This document shows, piece after piece, positions 18,047-29,687 of a stretch of 64,000 nucleotides of DNA. Origin of the DNA: an uncultured Bacilli bacterium (GTDB taxonomy: Bacteria > Bacillota_I > Bacilli_A > RF39 > UBA660); the NCBI GenBank assembly GCA_934162285.1, contig CAKPHY010000001.1, positions 6,510-70,509 of the forward strand, given 5' to 3'. The position numbers and the translations under genes are program-made. Position 1 is the stretch's first letter. The number at the start of each line of letters is the position of its first letter. The notes under the pieces are model-generated. The model searched no databases. It worked only from the letters and a program-made list of their open reading frames with translations, and was not told the origin of the DNA.

Positions 18047-18769
18047 TCATTTTTCAACAACTTCCTTCATTTTTAAAACTTTTTTATAATCAAGTGAGGC
18101 ACCACCTACTAGGAATCCGCCTACGTTTGATATTTCATTTAATACTTCAATACTTTTTTCGTTGACACTACCACCATACAATACTATTGGATCAAAATTA
18201 TAAATTTTCAAGGTTGTATCTTTAATATAGTTGATAGTTTCTTCAATTTCTCTTTTTTCTAGTATATCACCACTACCAATTGACCATAAAGGTTCATAGG
18301 CAATGATAACGTTTTTATATAAATTTTCATCAAGCTCTTTTAAATCATAAGTTATTTCTTTTTTTAGCACTCGAGTAGTTCTAAGCATTTCTCTTTCTTC
18401 TTTAGTTTCACCAATGCACAAAATAACTTTTAAATCATTAGCTAAAGCTTGTTTTATTTTTAAATTGATTAATTGATCAGATTCTGCTTGATCGCTTCTT
18501 CTTTCACTATTACCAATTATTACATATTTGCCACCAATACTTTTCAATTGAGTACAAGATGTTTCACCAGTATGAGAACCATTATCAAATTCACTTATTG
18601 TTTGTGAACCTATAGAATATTCATTACTGATAAAATATGGTAAAAAGATAGTTGGGGGAAAGAATATAACATCTAAATTATTTATTCTGCCTTTAATATT
18701 GTCAATGTAGTTTTTAACATCACTATAATTGAAGTTCATCTTAAAGTTTAAAGCAAGAATTTTACTCAT
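18047..18769 (-). CDS. tpiA: triosephosphate isomerase
   Basis: [19 protein letters not shown] (catalytic Glu loop) and YGGSV/GGASL motifs. Confidence 0.85.
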   Translation of the reverse strand: MSKILALNFKMNFNYSDVKNYIDNIKGRINNLDVIFFPPTIFLPYFISNEYSIGSQTISEFDNGSHTGETSCTQLKSIGGKYVIIGNSERRSDQAESDQLINLKIKQALANDLKVILCIGETKEEREMLRTTRVLKKEITYDLKELDENLYKNVIIAYEPLWSIGSGDILEKREIEETINYIKDTTLKIYNFDPIVLYGGSVNEKSIEVLNEISNVGGFLVGGASLDYKKVLKMKEVVEK

Positions 18770-20247
18770 CGACGTTTAGCACCTTCACTATTAGCTAAAT
18801 GACCATATACTATTTGAAAATTTTCATATTGCCATTTAGTACAACCTAAGCTATTTTCTAAATTGCTTAAGGCTTTTTCTTTAGTTTCAATTTTGGTAAT
18901 AATTTGTTTTTCTTTAACTCTATATTTTTCTAGGTATTCTTCATATTTAGATATTTTTATTTCATAGGCATTTTTTTCATAATAATCCATCTTATTTTTC
19001 AATGCTATACATTTATTGCTAAGAATTTCTATACTTTCTTTTAAAGACTGATATGATGAATCGTTTTCTAAAATATTTTTTCTAATTTTTATTATTTCTT
19101 TTTGAGGTGGATTATTTATGATGCGTAGATATTTTTTAAAATAATTATTTGTCGACATTCCCTTAGGAATATTCAAAAGGTTTGTCATTTTTTGTTTTAC
19201 CATTTTGTTTTCTTGCTTATATAAATTCAGAATTCGATCGTAATAGCTTTGGTATGCTCTATACTGCTCACTTATAATACAATTCAATTCTTTAAGACGA
19301 TTATCTATATCTAATTTAAGAATATCTAGGTCATCATTCATCTTGTTATAATTTGTAAGCATTTCTTGGCACTCTTTGTTGTATTCATTATCAATATTGC
19401 TTTCGCTGCAAACATATTCTCCTTCATAAATTGTTCGATTTCGCTTAGTATAAAGAGATTGAATTGTTCCTTTTGTTGTCTCAATTTTATATTGAAGACT
19501 TCTTATTTTTCTTTCGTATAGTGCTTTTAGCGAAAAATAATCTTTTTCTGTTGATGGTATTTTATTAATCTTAAAGTTAATTCGTGACCTAACATATTCA
19601 GAAACTTTTTTAGCTTGGGTTCTCATCCAACTATCTTCATCATAAGATTCATCTTCCTCATTATACTGTCTGAATCCTCGGCTTTTGGTTCTATCAGTTT
19701 GATTTCTAAAATCATAATAGTTTTGATTATGATACTCTTCTTCATAAGCACCAGCACTTCTTCGTGATTGATTTTCTGTTTGATTACTTCTCCTTCTTCG
19801 AGGATCGTATTCTTCTTGATATTGCTTTTTTTCTTGTTCGTAAGCTTTTTGATATTCTTGTTCCGCACTATTGGTTTTATTTAAATGCCATAAGTATGTA
19901 GTTTGACCCTCTTCATTAGCTTTTTTCACAATTTTTTTAACAGAATCAATAGTACCATTAAAATTTTGTAATACTTCAGTGGCTTTAGCACCTAATTCTC
20001 GATTATCATGAAATGTATCAGGATGGATTATTGTTGGCACTGTTCGTGATAAACCATTAAAGTCAAATTTTAAAAGATCAACATCTTGTGTTGTTAATGT
20101 TTCATAATCGTCTTTGATGATGTTAAATGATTTTTCGTTTTTTTCAATAAGATTATTTATTTGAATAAATTTAATTATGTTATTTAAATTATTAATAGTT
20201 TTTTCTACTTGTAATTCTAAATCATAAAGTTTTTCCATTTGAGTCAC
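18766..20247 (-). CDS. hypothetical coiled-coil protein, Q/E/Y/R-rich
   Basis: 493 aa, strongly heptad-like and low-complexity; 4-nt overlap with the tpiA start (translational coupling); no recognisable domain. Confidence 0.4.
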   Translation of the reverse strand: MTQMEKLYDLELQVEKTINNLNNIIKFIQINNLIEKNEKSFNIIKDDYETLTTQDVDLLKFDFNGLSRTVPTIIHPDTFHDNRELGAKATEVLQNFNGTIDSVKKIVKKANEEGQTTYLWHLNKTNSAEQEYQKAYEQEKKQYQEEYDPRRRRSNQTENQSRRSAGAYEEEYHNQNYYDFRNQTDRTKSRGFRQYNEEDESYDEDSWMRTQAKKVSEYVRSRINFKINKIPSTEKDYFSLKALYERKIRSLQYKIETTKGTIQSLYTKRNRTIYEGEYVCSESNIDNEYNKECQEMLTNYNKMNDDLDILKLDIDNRLKELNCIISEQYRAYQSYYDRILNLYKQENKMVKQKMTNLLNIPKGMSTNNYFKKYLRIINNPPQKEIIKIRKNILENDSSYQSLKESIEILSNKCIALKNKMDYYEKNAYEIKISKYEEYLEKYRVKEKQIITKIETKEKALSNLENSLGCTKWQYENFQIVYGHLANSEGAKRR

Positions 20248-20289
20248 CCTATTCTATTAAAATTCTATCACATATTAAACTTTTTGACA

Positions 20290-20316
20290 ATAAAAAAAAG
20301 GCAAATTATTTGCCTT
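20290..20316 (-). terminator. rho-independent terminator of the rpoA-rplQ operon
   Basis: AAGGCAAAttaTTTGCCTT palindrome overlapping the rplQ stop, followed on the minus strand by TTTTTTTT. Confidence 0.75.
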
Positions 20317-20653
20317 CTACGATTTCTAAAATAACCATTAAAGCGTCATCGCCACGACGTTCGTCTAATTTTAAGATACGAGTATAACCACCGTTACGAT
20401 CTTTAAATCTTACGCTTAAGTCATTAAATACTTTTTTAACAGCTTCATTATCATTTTGTAAGAAAGCTAATGCTTTTCTACGAGATACTAATGAACCATT
20501 TTTTCCATAACTAATCATTTTATCGAAGCAACCTCTAACTTCTTTAGCACGAGTTTCTGTTGTTTCAATTTTTTCATTCATGATTAAGTCTTTTGTTAAA
20601 TTAGCTAGCATGCTACGACGATGCTTACTAGTGCGTCCTAATTTTCTGTACAC
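20306..20653 (-). CDS. rplQ: 50S ribosomal protein L17
   Basis: [19 protein letters not shown]... Confidence 0.95.
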   Translation of the reverse strand: MYRKLGRTSKHRRSMLANLTKDLIMNEKIETTETRAKEVRGCFDKMISYGKNGSLVSRRKALAFLQNDNEAVKKVFNDLSVRFKDRNGGYTRILKLDERRGDDALMVILEIVEGK

Positions 20654-20667
20654 TTAGTATACCTCCC

Positions 20668-21618
20668 TTAATCTTCATCACGGAATTTAAGTCCCATATC
20701 TTTAATTTTGTCAATAACTTCTTTTAAAGATTTTTTACCTAAATTACGAATTTTCATCATTTCTAATTCGGATTTTTCAGTTAAATCTCCTAATGTAGAA
20801 ATTCCGGCTCTCTTTAAGCAATTATAAGCACGTACTGAGAAATCTAAATCATCAATTGATGTTTCAAGCTTTTTCTGTTTGCTATCTTCTTGTTTAGCAT
20901 TCATAATACCAGTCATATCAGCGATTTCACTGATGTTTGTAATAATATTTAAATGTTCAATTAAGATTTTAGCTCCTAAGGCCATTGCATCTTCTGGACG
21001 TAATGATCCATTAGTATAAACATTCATGATTAACTTATCATAATTTGCATCTTGACCAACACGAGCAGCTTCAACTTCATAGTTGATTCTTGTTATTGGA
21101 GAAAATAATGCATCAATTGGAATATAACCAATTTTACTATTATCAGCATATTCTTTATTTTCATTGGCTGGAACATAACCACGACCATTAGCAATTATTA
21201 ATTCCATATCTAACTTTCCACCTTTTGCTAAAGTCGCAATTTCTTGATCCTTATTAATTATTTCAACATCTGAATCGCATACAATATCAGCAGCAGTTAC
21301 TACTCTTTCTTCAGAAACATTAATATGACATACTTTTGTTTCTTCTGAATGATTTTTTACAACAACATTTTTTAAATTTAAAACGATTGTTGTTACATCT
21401 TCAACTACGCTTTCGATTGTTTGGAATTCATGCATTACACCATCAATTTTGATAGCTACAATTGCACTACCAGGCATGCTTGAAAGCATAACTCTTCTTA
21501 AAGCATTACCTAAAGTAATTCCAAAACCTCTTTCTAAAGGTTCTAATTCAAATTTTCCATAATTACTATTCTCTACATATTCTGCAATTTTATATATAGG
21601 CTTTTCAAAATTTAACAT
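20668..21618 (-). CDS. rpoA: DNA-directed RNA polymerase subunit alpha
   Basis: 316 aa, N-terminal dimerisation domain and C-terminal alphaCTD (SIDDLDFSVRAYNCLKRAGI). Confidence 0.95.
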   Translation of the reverse strand: MLNFEKPIYKIAEYVENSNYGKFELEPLERGFGITLGNALRRVMLSSMPGSAIVAIKIDGVMHEFQTIESVVEDVTTIVLNLKNVVVKNHSEETKVCHINVSEERVVTAADIVCDSDVEIINKDQEIATLAKGGKLDMELIIANGRGYVPANENKEYADNSKIGYIPIDALFSPITRINYEVEAARVGQDANYDKLIMNVYTNGSLRPEDAMALGAKILIEHLNIITNISEIADMTGIMNAKQEDSKQKKLETSIDDLDFSVRAYNCLKRAGISTLGDLTEKSELEMMKIRNLGKKSLKEVIDKIKDMGLKFRDED

Positions 21619-21645
21619 GTTTCCATCCTCCTTTTTTTATTTATA

Positions 21646-22029
21646 CTATCCACGTGGACGTTTTGGTGGACGACATCCGTTGTGTGGAATAGGTGTTACA
21701 TCAGAGATGGTAGTTATTTCTAGTCCAGCAGTTTGTAATGAACGAATTGCTGTTTCACGACCAGAGCCTAAGCCCTTAGCAAATACTTCAACTTTACGCA
21801 TTCCCATATCATATGCAGTCTTTCCTGCAGCTTCTGCAGCCATACCAGCAGCAAATGGTGTTGATTTTTTGCTTCCTTTAAATCCTAAAGTACCAGCTGA
21901 AGCCCAACTAATTGCGTTTCCTGCTTCATCACATATTGTAACAATTGTGTTATTAAATGTTGAATGAATGTAAGCTTGACCTTGTGGTACATTCTTTTTA
22001 ACTTTACGTTTTCTTGGTTTATAAGCCAT
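21646..22029 (-). CDS. rpsK: 30S ribosomal protein S11
   Basis: sequence match; position in the alpha operon. Confidence 0.95.
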   Translation of the reverse strand: MAYKPRKRKVKKNVPQGQAYIHSTFNNTIVTICDEAGNAISWASAGTLGFKGSKKSTPFAAGMAAEAAGKTAYDMGMRKVEVFAKGLGSGRETAIRSLQTAGLEITTISDVTPIPHNGCRPPKRPRG

Positions 22030-22057
22030 TTATATAACCTCCTTTAATTAGTTACGA

Positions 22058-22423
22058 TTATTTTTTCTTATTTGCAACTACTTTTCCTTTACCTTTACGT
22101 GTTCTAGCATTTCTGTTAGTTCTTTGACCACGAACTGGTAATCCTTTTTTATGACGAGTTCCTTCGTATGAGTTAATTTCCATCTTTGTTTTGATGTTCA
22201 TATTAACTTCACGTCTTAACTCACCTTCAGTTTGATATTTATTTACTTCATCACGAATACGTGAGATTTCTTCATTTGTTAGATCTTCTGCTTTTTTATC
22301 TTTATCAACATTTGCAGCTTCTAATATTTTATTTGATAAACTTCTGCCGATACCATAAATATATGTTAAGGCAATTTCAACTCTCTTATTATTTGGTATA
22401 TCTACACCTTTAATACGTGCCAT
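22058..22423 (-). CDS. rpsM: 30S ribosomal protein S13
   Basis: [26 protein letters not shown]. Confidence 0.95.
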   Translation of the reverse strand: MARIKGVDIPNNKRVEIALTYIYGIGRSLSNKILEAANVDKDKKAEDLTNEEISRIRDEVNKYQTEGELRREVNMNIKTKMEINSYEGTRHKKGLPVRGQRTNRNARTRKGKGKVVANKKK

Positions 22424-22438
22424 AAAACACCTCCTATT

Positions 22439-22552
22439 TTAACCTTGTTTTTGTTTATGCTTTGGATTTTCGCATATAACATATACTTTTCCTTTACGTC
22501 TTACTATCTTACATTTAGGACAGATAGGTTTTACTGATGGTTTAATTTTCAT
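22439..22552 (-). CDS. rpmJ: 50S ribosomal protein L36 (absent from the ORF track)
   Basis: Minus-strand translation [37 protein letters not shown] lies between infA and rpsM. Confidence 0.85.
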   Translation of the reverse strand: MKIKPSVKPICPKCKIVRRKGKVYVICENPKHKQKQG

Positions 22553-22563
22553 CTAAATCCCTC

Positions 22564-22779
22564 CTACTTTCTATAGGTTATACGCCCACGTGTTAAATCA
22601 TATAGCGAGATCGCTACTGTTACTGTATCACCTGGTGAAATACGAATATTATTTACTCGCATTTTACCAGAAACCTGGGCTATTACAGTATGTTTATTTT
22701 CTAATTCTATTCTAAAATCGCCTCTAGGTAAAACATCTATTACTTTACCTTCAACTTCAATTACGTCATCCTTTGCCAT
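22564..22779 (-). CDS. infA: translation initiation factor IF-1
   Basis: [13 protein letters not shown]... S1-like; 71 aa. Confidence 0.95.
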   Translation of the reverse strand: MAKDDVIEVEGKVIDVLPRGDFRIELENKHTVIAQVSGKMRVNNIRISPGDTVTVAISLYDLTRGRITYRK

Positions 22780-22783
22780 TTTA

Positions 22784-23530
22784 TCACCTCTTTGTTAATA
22801 TTGTATATCCGTCTTTTTCAACTACTACTGTATGTTCGAAATGAGCAGACGGTTTACCATCCGCGGTAATAATTGTCCAATCATCATCGAGAATATATAT
22901 ATCTGGTGTTCCTAAATTCAGCATTGGTTCAACTGCAATCGTCATACCAGCTTTTAAAATAGGTCCTTTCCCTGGTGTTCCATAATTTGGTACATCTGGA
23001 TCTTCGTGAACTACTTCACCAACTCCATGTCCAACTAATTCTTTAACTACACCAAGTTTATATTTTTTTGCATATGTTGCAATTGCATTACCGATGTCTC
23101 CAATATGAGCTCCTTCTTTAACTACACTTAAACCTTCAAATAAAGATTGTTCAGTGTGTTTTAATAGTTCTTCTTTTTCTTTACTAATTGTTCCTACAGG
23201 ATATGTCCAAGCTGAATCTCCATGATAGCCTTTATAACATGCACCAATATCAACAGAGATTATATCTCCATTTTTTAATTTTCTTTTACTTGGAATACCA
23301 TGAACAACTTCATCATTGATTGATGTACAAATTGTTGCTGGAAATCCTTCATAATTTAAGAAAGATGGTGTTGCGTCTTGGCTAATAATGAAATCATAAG
23401 CTAATTTATCTAATTCCTTAGTAGTAATACCTGGTTTTATAAATGGCTTTAAATAATTGTGAGTTGCCCCAACAATTGATCCAGCTTTTTTCATTAATTC
23501 AATTTCGCGCTCTGACTTAATTGTAATCAT
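22784..23530 (-). CDS. map: methionine aminopeptidase type I
   Basis: 248 aa; pita-bread fold metal-ligand pattern (D..D..H..E..E). Confidence 0.9.
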   Translation of the reverse strand: MITIKSEREIELMKKAGSIVGATHNYLKPFIKPGITTKELDKLAYDFIISQDATPSFLNYEGFPATICTSINDEVVHGIPSKRKLKNGDIISVDIGACYKGYHGDSAWTYPVGTISKEKEELLKHTEQSLFEGLSVVKEGAHIGDIGNAIATYAKKYKLGVVKELVGHGVGEVVHEDPDVPNYGTPGKGPILKAGMTIAVEPMLNLGTPDIYILDDDWTIITADGKPSAHFEHTVVVEKDGYTILTKR

Positions 23531-23532
23531 TT

Positions 23533-24168
23533 CTAATCCTGACTATCTAGTATATTTTTGACATCTGCAAATGTATCTTCTTTTTTATCATGTGATTTTA
23601 TAATATATAAGCAATTTTGATTACGATAGTAATCCAATAAACCTTGAACGTTATTTAAATAAGTATTAAATCTTACTTTGAATGATTCTTCATTATCATC
23701 ACTTCTGCCTTGTAATTCGACATTACAATTATCACATAAGTTAGCATTCTTTGGTTTCATTTCAGAATATTTATTATAAATCTTACCACATTTTGGACAA
23801 GATAGGCGTCCAAGTGTTCTTTCTAGAGCAACTTGCTCTTCTACTTCTATATTAATTACAACATAATTGCTAAAAAATTTATCTAATATTTTGGCTTGAT
23901 TTAAAGTTCTTGGAAAGCCATCCAAGACAACAGCAACATTACCTAATTCTTTTAATTTAGCTTGAAGTAATTTAGCTGTTGTTTCATCATCAATTAAAAT
24001 TCCTTTAGAGATTTTTTCATGAATTTCACGATTTAATTCTGTTGAATCATCTAAATCTCTAAATAATTGACCCATGGAAATATGTTTATATCCATATTCA
24101 CGAACTAACAATTCACATTGAGTTCCTTTACCAGCAGCTGGAGCACCATATAAAATAATGTTTTTCAT
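23533..24168 (-). CDS. adk: adenylate kinase with a zinc-binding lid
   Basis: GAPAAGKGTQ P-loop; CPKCG...CDNC lid. Confidence 0.92.
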   Translation of the reverse strand: MKNIILYGAPAAGKGTQCELLVREYGYKHISMGQLFRDLDDSTELNREIHEKISKGILIDDETTAKLLQAKLKELGNVAVVLDGFPRTLNQAKILDKFFSNYVVINIEVEEQVALERTLGRLSCPKCGKIYNKYSEMKPKNANLCDNCNVELQGRSDDNEESFKVRFNTYLNNVQGLLDYYRNQNCLYIIKSHDKKEDTFADVKNILDSQD

Positions 24169-25422
24169 TTATCTTCTCCCTTTTGTATAATTTCTGCTTA
24201 ATATTAAACTTTCTAATTGTTTGTAAGTTTCTAAGGCAACACCGACAACTATTAATAATCCTGTACCACCTAAGGCAATACTACTGCTTAAACCAGTTAT
24301 CCAAACAAATATTGTTGGTAATGCTGCTAATAAAGCAAGTAATGCAGCTCCGACAAAAGTTATATGATTTATTACATTTTTAATATAGGTAATTGTTGTT
24401 TCACCTGGACGCACACCTGGAATATAGCCACCATTTTTTTGTAAATTTTCAGCCATATCTTTTGGTTTTAATTGTGCATAAGTGTAAAAGTAAGAAAAAC
24501 CAAATATTAATAAAATATAAAGTATAAATCCTGTTGGTGAAGTTGTTGATAACCACTTTTCAGTGAATGTTGTTATCTTTTCAACTTTGAAAAATTGAGC
24601 AATAAATGCTGGCATTTGTAATAATGCTGATGCAAATATTACGGGAATAACTCCAGCAGAATTTAAACGGAATGGAATATAACTTTGTTTTCCTCCAACA
24701 GCCGTTGATTTATTGGCATATTGGATTGGTACTCTTCTTTCAGCATTTTCTTCAAAAACTACTGCAAGAACAATGAAAATATATAACAAGATATAAACAA
24801 CAAATTTTATAATACCTGCTACTGTTGCACCTTCCATAAATATTTGGTAGGCTTGAACAAAGGTATTTGGTAAAGTCATTAAAATACCTGCCATGATAAT
24901 CATTGAAATACCATTGCCGATTCCTTTTTGAGTCATTTGATCACCTAGCCATAATAGCAAAGATGTACCTGCTGTCATAACTAAAGCGAACTTTAAGTAT
25001 TGTTCAAATGAACCTCCTTGAATAATTGCAAATGAGAACATATATCCTTGGATAAATGCCATTGCAATTCCCAAGTAACGGGTAATTTTATTTAATTTTA
25101 CTTGACCTGTATGTCCTTCTTTGGCTAAGTCAGCTAAATATGGAATAATATCCATTTGTAATAACTGAATTATGAAAGAAGCAGTAATGTATGGAGATAC
25201 TCCTAAAGCAAAAATTGAAAATTGCTCTAAAGCGCCACCACCCATTACATTTAATAGTTGAAAATATTTTAATGTACTTAATCCTAATTGCGCTTTATTT
25301 ATTCCTGGAATAACTATTGCTGTTCCTAATTTAAAAATAAATAAGGCAAATAGAGTAAAATATATTTTCTTTCTTATATCTTTATTTTTGGGATTAAATA
25401 TTTGCTTTAATGTTGCAAACAT
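24169..25422 (-). CDS. secY: preprotein translocase subunit SecY
   Basis: 417 aa, 10 TM helices, position between rplO and adk. Confidence 0.95.
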   Translation of the reverse strand: MFATLKQIFNPKNKDIRKKIYFTLFALFIFKLGTAIVIPGINKAQLGLSTLKYFQLLNVMGGGALEQFSIFALGVSPYITASFIIQLLQMDIIPYLADLAKEGHTGQVKLNKITRYLGIAMAFIQGYMFSFAIIQGGSFEQYLKFALVMTAGTSLLLWLGDQMTQKGIGNGISMIIMAGILMTLPNTFVQAYQIFMEGATVAGIIKFVVYILLYIFIVLAVVFEENAERRVPIQYANKSTAVGGKQSYIPFRLNSAGVIPVIFASALLQMPAFIAQFFKVEKITTFTEKWLSTTSPTGFILYILLIFGFSYFYTYAQLKPKDMAENLQKNGGYIPGVRPGETTITYIKNVINHITFVGAALLALLAALPTIFVWITGLSSSIALGGTGLLIVVGVALETYKQLESLILSRNYTKGRR

Positions 25423-25423
25423 A

Positions 25424-25867
25424 TTAGATCACCTCTGCTTTTCCACCTATTTTTTCGATTTCTCTTAAGGCAGCATCAGAGAATTTGTTAGCTTTAACTG
25501 TGATCTTCTTTGTTAAAGTTCCATTGCCTAAAACCTTAACTCCGTCTAATTGTTTTTTAATAAGTCCCATTTCTTTTAATAATTCCGGTGTTACTACAGC
25601 ACCTTCTTCAAATTTATCTAAATCACTTAAATTAATAACTGCATATCTTGTTTTAAATAATGCATTTTTGAATCCACGTTTTGGTAAACGACGGAATAAT
25701 GGTAATTGGCCACCTTCGAAGCCTGGACGAACGCCGCCACCGCTTCTAGCATTTTGACCTTTATGACCTTTTCCTGAAGTTTTTCCTAAACCTGATCCTG
25801 GTCCACGACCAACTCTTTTACGAGTTTGTTTAGCACCAACTGGTGCATACATACAATTTAATTTCAT
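25424..25867 (-). CDS. rplO: 50S ribosomal protein L15
   Basis: sequence match and position. Confidence 0.92.
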   Translation of the reverse strand: MKLNCMYAPVGAKQTRKRVGRGPGSGLGKTSGKGHKGQNARSGGGVRPGFEGGQLPLFRRLPKRGFKNALFKTRYAVINLSDLDKFEEGAVVTPELLKEMGLIKKQLDGVKVLGNGTLTKKITVKANKFSDAALREIEKIGGKAEVI

Positions 25868-26370
25868 TATAATTCCTCAACTTTCTTACCACGAAGTTTA
25901 GCAACTTCTTCAGTAGTTTTTTGAGCAGCTAATGCCTTTAATGTTGCACGAGCCATATTAATTTTAGTGTTTGAACCTAATGATTTAGATAATACATCTT
26001 TAACGCCTGCTAATTCTAGTACGGCGCGAACTGGACCACCTGCTTTAACTCCAGTACCTTCGGCAGCAGGTTTTAACATAACTTTACTAGCGCCTTCAAC
26101 ACCGTAAGCTTCATGTGGAATAGTACGACCATCAACGATTGAAACTTTAACGATATCTTTTGCTGCAGCTGCACTGGCTTTTTTAATTGCATCTGGAACT
26201 TCGTTTGCTTTTCCAGTACCAATTCCTACTAAGCCATTACGATTTCCAACTGCAACAGTCGCTGAAAAACGGAAATGACGACCACCTTTTGTTACTTTCG
26301 TAACACGACCAATATTGATTATTTCTTCATCATATTGTTTTTGACGTGGTTCTCTTTTAGCTTTTTCCAT
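25867..26370 (-). CDS. rpsE: 30S ribosomal protein S5
   Basis: sequence match and position. Confidence 0.95.
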   Translation of the reverse strand: MEKAKREPRQKQYDEEIINIGRVTKVTKGGRHFRFSATVAVGNRNGLVGIGTGKANEVPDAIKKASAAAAKDIVKVSIVDGRTIPHEAYGVEGASKVMLKPAAEGTGVKAGGPVRAVLELAGVKDVLSKSLGSNTKINMARATLKALAAQKTTEEVAKLRGKKVEEL

Positions 26371-26383
26371 TGTTTTCCTCCTT

Positions 26384-26746
26384 TTAGAATTCTAATCCAT
26401 TTTCACGTGCTGCTTCTGCTAAAGCTTTAACACGTCCATGATAAAGGTAGCCACCTCTATCAAATACTACTTTAGTTATTTTTGCTTCTTTTGCTCTTTT
26501 AGCAAGAAGAACGCCAACTTGAATAGCAGCTTCTACATTGCTACCATTTTCAAGTTTTAATTCTTTATCGATAGAAGAAGCACTAACTAATGTACGAGCA
26601 TTTTCGTCATCAATAATTTGTGCAAAAATGTTAGCATTTGATCTATATACATTTAAACGTGGAACACTTGGAGTGCCTACTACATTTTTTCTTACACGAT
26701 CATGTCTTAATTTTCGCATTTCATTACGAGATTCTTTTTTAATCAT
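26384..26746 (-). CDS. rplR: 50S ribosomal protein L18
   Basis: sequence match and position. Confidence 0.95.
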   Translation of the reverse strand: MIKKESRNEMRKLRHDRVRKNVVGTPSVPRLNVYRSNANIFAQIIDDENARTLVSASSIDKELKLENGSNVEAAIQVGVLLAKRAKEAKITKVVFDRGGYLYHGRVKALAEAARENGLEF

Positions 26747-26769
26747 GAGTATTACTCTCCTTTACTTAA

Positions 26770-27300
26770 TTAAGCCGCTTTTTTACCGACTTTACGACGA
26801 ATTACTTCGCCACTATAACGAATACCTTTTCCCTTATATGGTTCTGGTTTTCTAATTTTTCTAATGTTAGCAGCATATTCGCCTACAAGACATTTATCAA
26901 TACCTCTTATAAATAATTCAGTGTTGCTTGGAGATTCCAATTTAATGCCTTCAGGAATATCTACTTCAACTGGATGTGAGAATCCAGCAGTTATAACTAA
27001 TTGGTTACCTTTTAGAGCAAAACGATATCCTACACCTACAGCTTCTAATTTCTTTTCAAAACCATCTGTAACACCAATAATAGCATTATGAAGATTGGCA
27101 TTAACTGTACCATGTAAATTTTTAATTGTATCATTATCTCTAGTAACGATAGCTTCTGTTCCATGTATATTAACATTAATTCCATTTGGAACTACAACGT
27201 TTAACTCACCTTTTGGTCCAGCAACATGAACGTTACCTTCACCAACAGTGATAGTTACAGAAGCTGGTATAGTTAAAATTTTATTACCTATACGACTCAT
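26770..27300 (-). CDS. rplF: 50S ribosomal protein L6
   Basis: sequence match and position. Confidence 0.95.
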   Translation of the reverse strand: MSRIGNKILTIPASVTITVGEGNVHVAGPKGELNVVVPNGINVNIHGTEAIVTRDNDTIKNLHGTVNANLHNAIIGVTDGFEKKLEAVGVGYRFALKGNQLVITAGFSHPVEVDIPEGIKLESPSNTELFIRGIDKCLVGEYAANIRKIRKPEPYKGKGIRYSGEVIRRKVGKKAA

Positions 27301-27315
27301 AATATCTCTCCATTT

Positions 27316-27711
27316 CTACCAGATATAAGCTAATACTTCGCCGCCAAGATTTTCTTTTCTTGCATTTTTATCAGTCATTAAACCTTTTGATGTTGATAAT
27401 ATTGCAATACCTAAACCATTTAATACTTTTGGCACCTCATCAGCTTTAACGTAAACACGTAATCCTGGTTTTGAGATTCTCTTTAAGCCAGTGATAACAC
27501 GTTCTCTTTTTTCTGTATATCTTAAACTTAAGACAATAGTATTTTGAACACTATTTTTCTTAATTTTGTAATCATTTATAAACCCTTCTTCTTTTAAAAT
27601 ACGGGCAATTTCTTCTTTTAGTTTTGAAGCGGGTACTTCAACTTCTTTATCGCGCATTTGATTTGCATTACGAACTCTTGTAAGCATATCTGCGATTGGA
27701 TCTGTTACCAT
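27316..27711 (-). CDS. rpsH: 30S ribosomal protein S8
   Basis: sequence match and position. Confidence 0.95.
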   Translation of the reverse strand: MVTDPIADMLTRVRNANQMRDKEVEVPASKLKEEIARILKEEGFINDYKIKKNSVQNTIVLSLRYTEKRERVITGLKRISKPGLRVYVKADEVPKVLNGLGIAILSTSKGLMTDKNARKENLGGEVLAYIW

Positions 27712-27732
27712 ATATATCCTCCCTTCATTATC

Positions 27733-27918
27733 CTACCAGCTAGATTTTTTCATTCCTGGTATTTGTCCTTTATAAGCTAACTCTCTAAAACAGATACGAC
27801 AAATGCCATATTTACTAAGAACTGCATGTGGTCTTCCACAACGAGTGCATCGTGTGTAAGCACGTGTAGAGAACTTAGGTTTACGGTTAGCTTTTATAAT
27901 CATGCTTTTTTTAGCCAT
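27733..27918 (-). CDS. rpsZ: 30S ribosomal protein S14 type Z (zinc-binding)
   Basis: 61 aa; [23 protein letters not shown]. Confidence 0.95.
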   Translation of the reverse strand: MAKKSMIIKANRKPKFSTRAYTRCTRCGRPHAVLSKYGICRICFRELAYKGQIPGMKKSSW

Positions 27919-27937
27919 AAATTCCTCCTAATTATAG

Positions 27938-28477
27938 TTATTTTTTAAACGGCATCCCAAAGCCTTTTAATAAATCATACGCTTCTTCATTTGACTTAGC
28001 TGTTGTTACAAATACAACGTCCATTCCACGTACTTTAACTACGTTATCGTATTCAATTTCAGAAAAAATTAATTGTTCTGTTAATCCTAATGTATAGTTT
28101 CCTCTACCATCGAATGATTTTGGAGAAATACCTCTAAAATCTCTTACACGTGGTAATGCTATACGAATTAATTTTTCTAAGAAGTTATACATATTTTCAC
28201 CTCTTAGAGTAACTTTACAACCAATTGATTGTCCGGCTCTTAATTTGAAACCAGCAATTGCTTTTTTAGCTTTTGTTGCAACTGGTTTTTGACCTGTAAT
28301 TAATTCTAATTCATTCATTGCAGCTTCTAATAATTTTGAATTAGTTGTTGCATCTCCTGTACCAATATTTACTACAATCTTTTCAAGTTTTGGAACATTC
28401 ATTACAGTTGTATATTTATATTTTTCCATCATTGAAGGTACGATTTCTTTTGTATATTTTTCTTTTAGGTGGTTCAT
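27938..28477 (-). CDS. rplE: 50S ribosomal protein L5
   Basis: sequence match and position. Confidence 0.95.
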   Translation of the reverse strand: MNHLKEKYTKEIVPSMMEKYKYTTVMNVPKLEKIVVNIGTGDATTNSKLLEAAMNELELITGQKPVATKAKKAIAGFKLRAGQSIGCKVTLRGENMYNFLEKLIRIALPRVRDFRGISPKSFDGRGNYTLGLTEQLIFSEIEYDNVVKVRGMDVVFVTTAKSNEEAYDLLKGFGMPFKK

Positions 28478-28494
28478 AAATACCCTCCTTCCAA

Positions 28495-28803
28495 TTAATC
28501 AAGGCTTTCATTAGAAGTGCGTGCAATTCTAATCTTCTTGCCTTTTTTATCTACAGTATGACCGATACGAGTAGGTTTATTTGTTTTTGGATCAATTAAC
28601 ATTACATTTGATGCATGAATTGGTGCTTCGCGATCAACGATACTACCTTCTCTTTGTCCATTTGGTTTCAAATGTTTCTTACGAATATTAACGCCTTCAA
28701 CAACAACTCTGTTTTCATCACGAAGGATTTGAGTAATTTTACCTTGTTTTCCCTTTGATGATCCAGAAATAACTACTACTTTATCTCCAGTTTTAAAGTT
28801 CAT
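28495..28803 (-). CDS. rplX: 50S ribosomal protein L24
   Basis: sequence match and position. Confidence 0.95.
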   Translation of the reverse strand: MNFKTGDKVVVISGSSKGKQGKITQILRDENRVVVEGVNIRKKHLKPNGQREGSIVDREAPIHASNVMLIDPKTNKPTRIGHTVDKKGKKIRIARTSNESLD

Positions 28804-28821
28804 GTTTTACCTCCTTTAAGG

Positions 28822-29190
28822 TTATAATACTTCTTTTGCTAGTGATACGATCTTCATATAATCTTTATCACGTAATTCACGAGCAACTGGTCCAAATACA
28901 CGAGTTCCAACTGGGCTCTTATCGTCTTTAATTATAACGCAAGCGTTATCGTCAAATTTTATATAAGATCCATCGGCTCTTCTAAGACCAAATTTACTTC
29001 TAACAACTACAGCTTTTACAACTTTACCCTTGCGAACTGTACCATTAGGAGTAGCTTTTTTAATAGCCCCTACGACTACATCTCCAATATTTCCTGTTTT
29101 AACTTTGCTTCCTCCAAGAACACGGATAACAGATAGTTCACGTGCTCCTGAGTTATCAGCAACTTTCAAACGACTTTCTGGTTGAATCAT
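28822..29190 (-). CDS. rplN: 50S ribosomal protein L14
   Basis: sequence match and position. Confidence 0.95.
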   Translation of the reverse strand: MIQPESRLKVADNSGARELSVIRVLGGSKVKTGNIGDVVVGAIKKATPNGTVRKGKVVKAVVVRSKFGLRRADGSYIKFDDNACVIIKDDKSPVGTRVFGPVARELRDKDYMKIVSLAKEVL

Positions 29191-29214
29191 AATTAATCCT
29201 CCTATCGTTTACAA

Positions 29215-29475
29215 TTATAGAATAATTGCTTTTTCTACAACTTCTACTAGACGGAAATGCTTTGTTTTTGAAAGCGGTCTAGTTTCAGCTATACGTACTA
29301 TATCACCAGTTTGTGCAACACAGTTTTCATCATGTGCAGCATATTTTTTAGAGTATTTAACACGTTTTCCATATTTTGAATTAACTTTGTAAGTTTCAAC
29401 TAATACTGTAATAGTTTTATCACACTTGTTGCTAACAACTTTACCAACTAATTCTCTTGCGTTTTTCTTTTCCAT
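29215..29475 (-). CDS. rpsQ: 30S ribosomal protein S17
   Basis: [27 protein letters not shown]... The ATG at 29475 is preceded by GGAGGT. The ORF-track start at 29487 lies inside the Shine-Dalgarno and the rpmC stop. Confidence 0.93.
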   Translation of the reverse strand: MEKKNARELVGKVVSNKCDKTITVLVETYKVNSKYGKRVKYSKKYAAHDENCVAQTGDIVRIAETRPLSKTKHFRLVEVVEKAIIL

Positions 29476-29486
29476 AAATACCTCCA

Positions 29487-29687
29487 TTATTTTTCACGTT
29501 CACGTAAGATTGTTTTCATACGTGCAACTAACTTTCTTAGTTCTCTAATTCTTGAAGGTTTTTCTAAATTACCTGACGCTTGGCTCATACGCAAATTAAA
29601 TAATTCTTCTTTTGATTCAGCAATCTTCTTATTTAATTCTTCATTGCTTAATGCTCTAATATCTTTATTATTCATGCGCTTCACCAT
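29487..29687 (-). CDS. rpmC: 50S ribosomal protein L29
   Basis: sequence match and position. Confidence 0.93.
   Translation of the reverse strand: MVKRMNNKDIRALSNEELNKKIAESKEELFNLRMSQASGNLEKPSRIRELRKLVARMKTILREREK

Noticed and set aside
19623-19868. 81-aa minus-strand ORF inside the coiled-coil gene
   Set aside because: Alternative frame of a low-complexity K/E-rich region; nested entirely within the longer ORF.
18766-20247. Possible J-domain (HPD tripeptide at residues ~77-79) in the coiled-coil protein
   Set aside because: The flanking sequence lacks the basic amphipathic helix II and the helix III pattern of J-domains; HPD alone is not diagnostic.
21617-21967. 116-aa plus-strand ORF overlapping rpsK
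   Set aside because: Antisense to S11; a GC-rich codon artefact.
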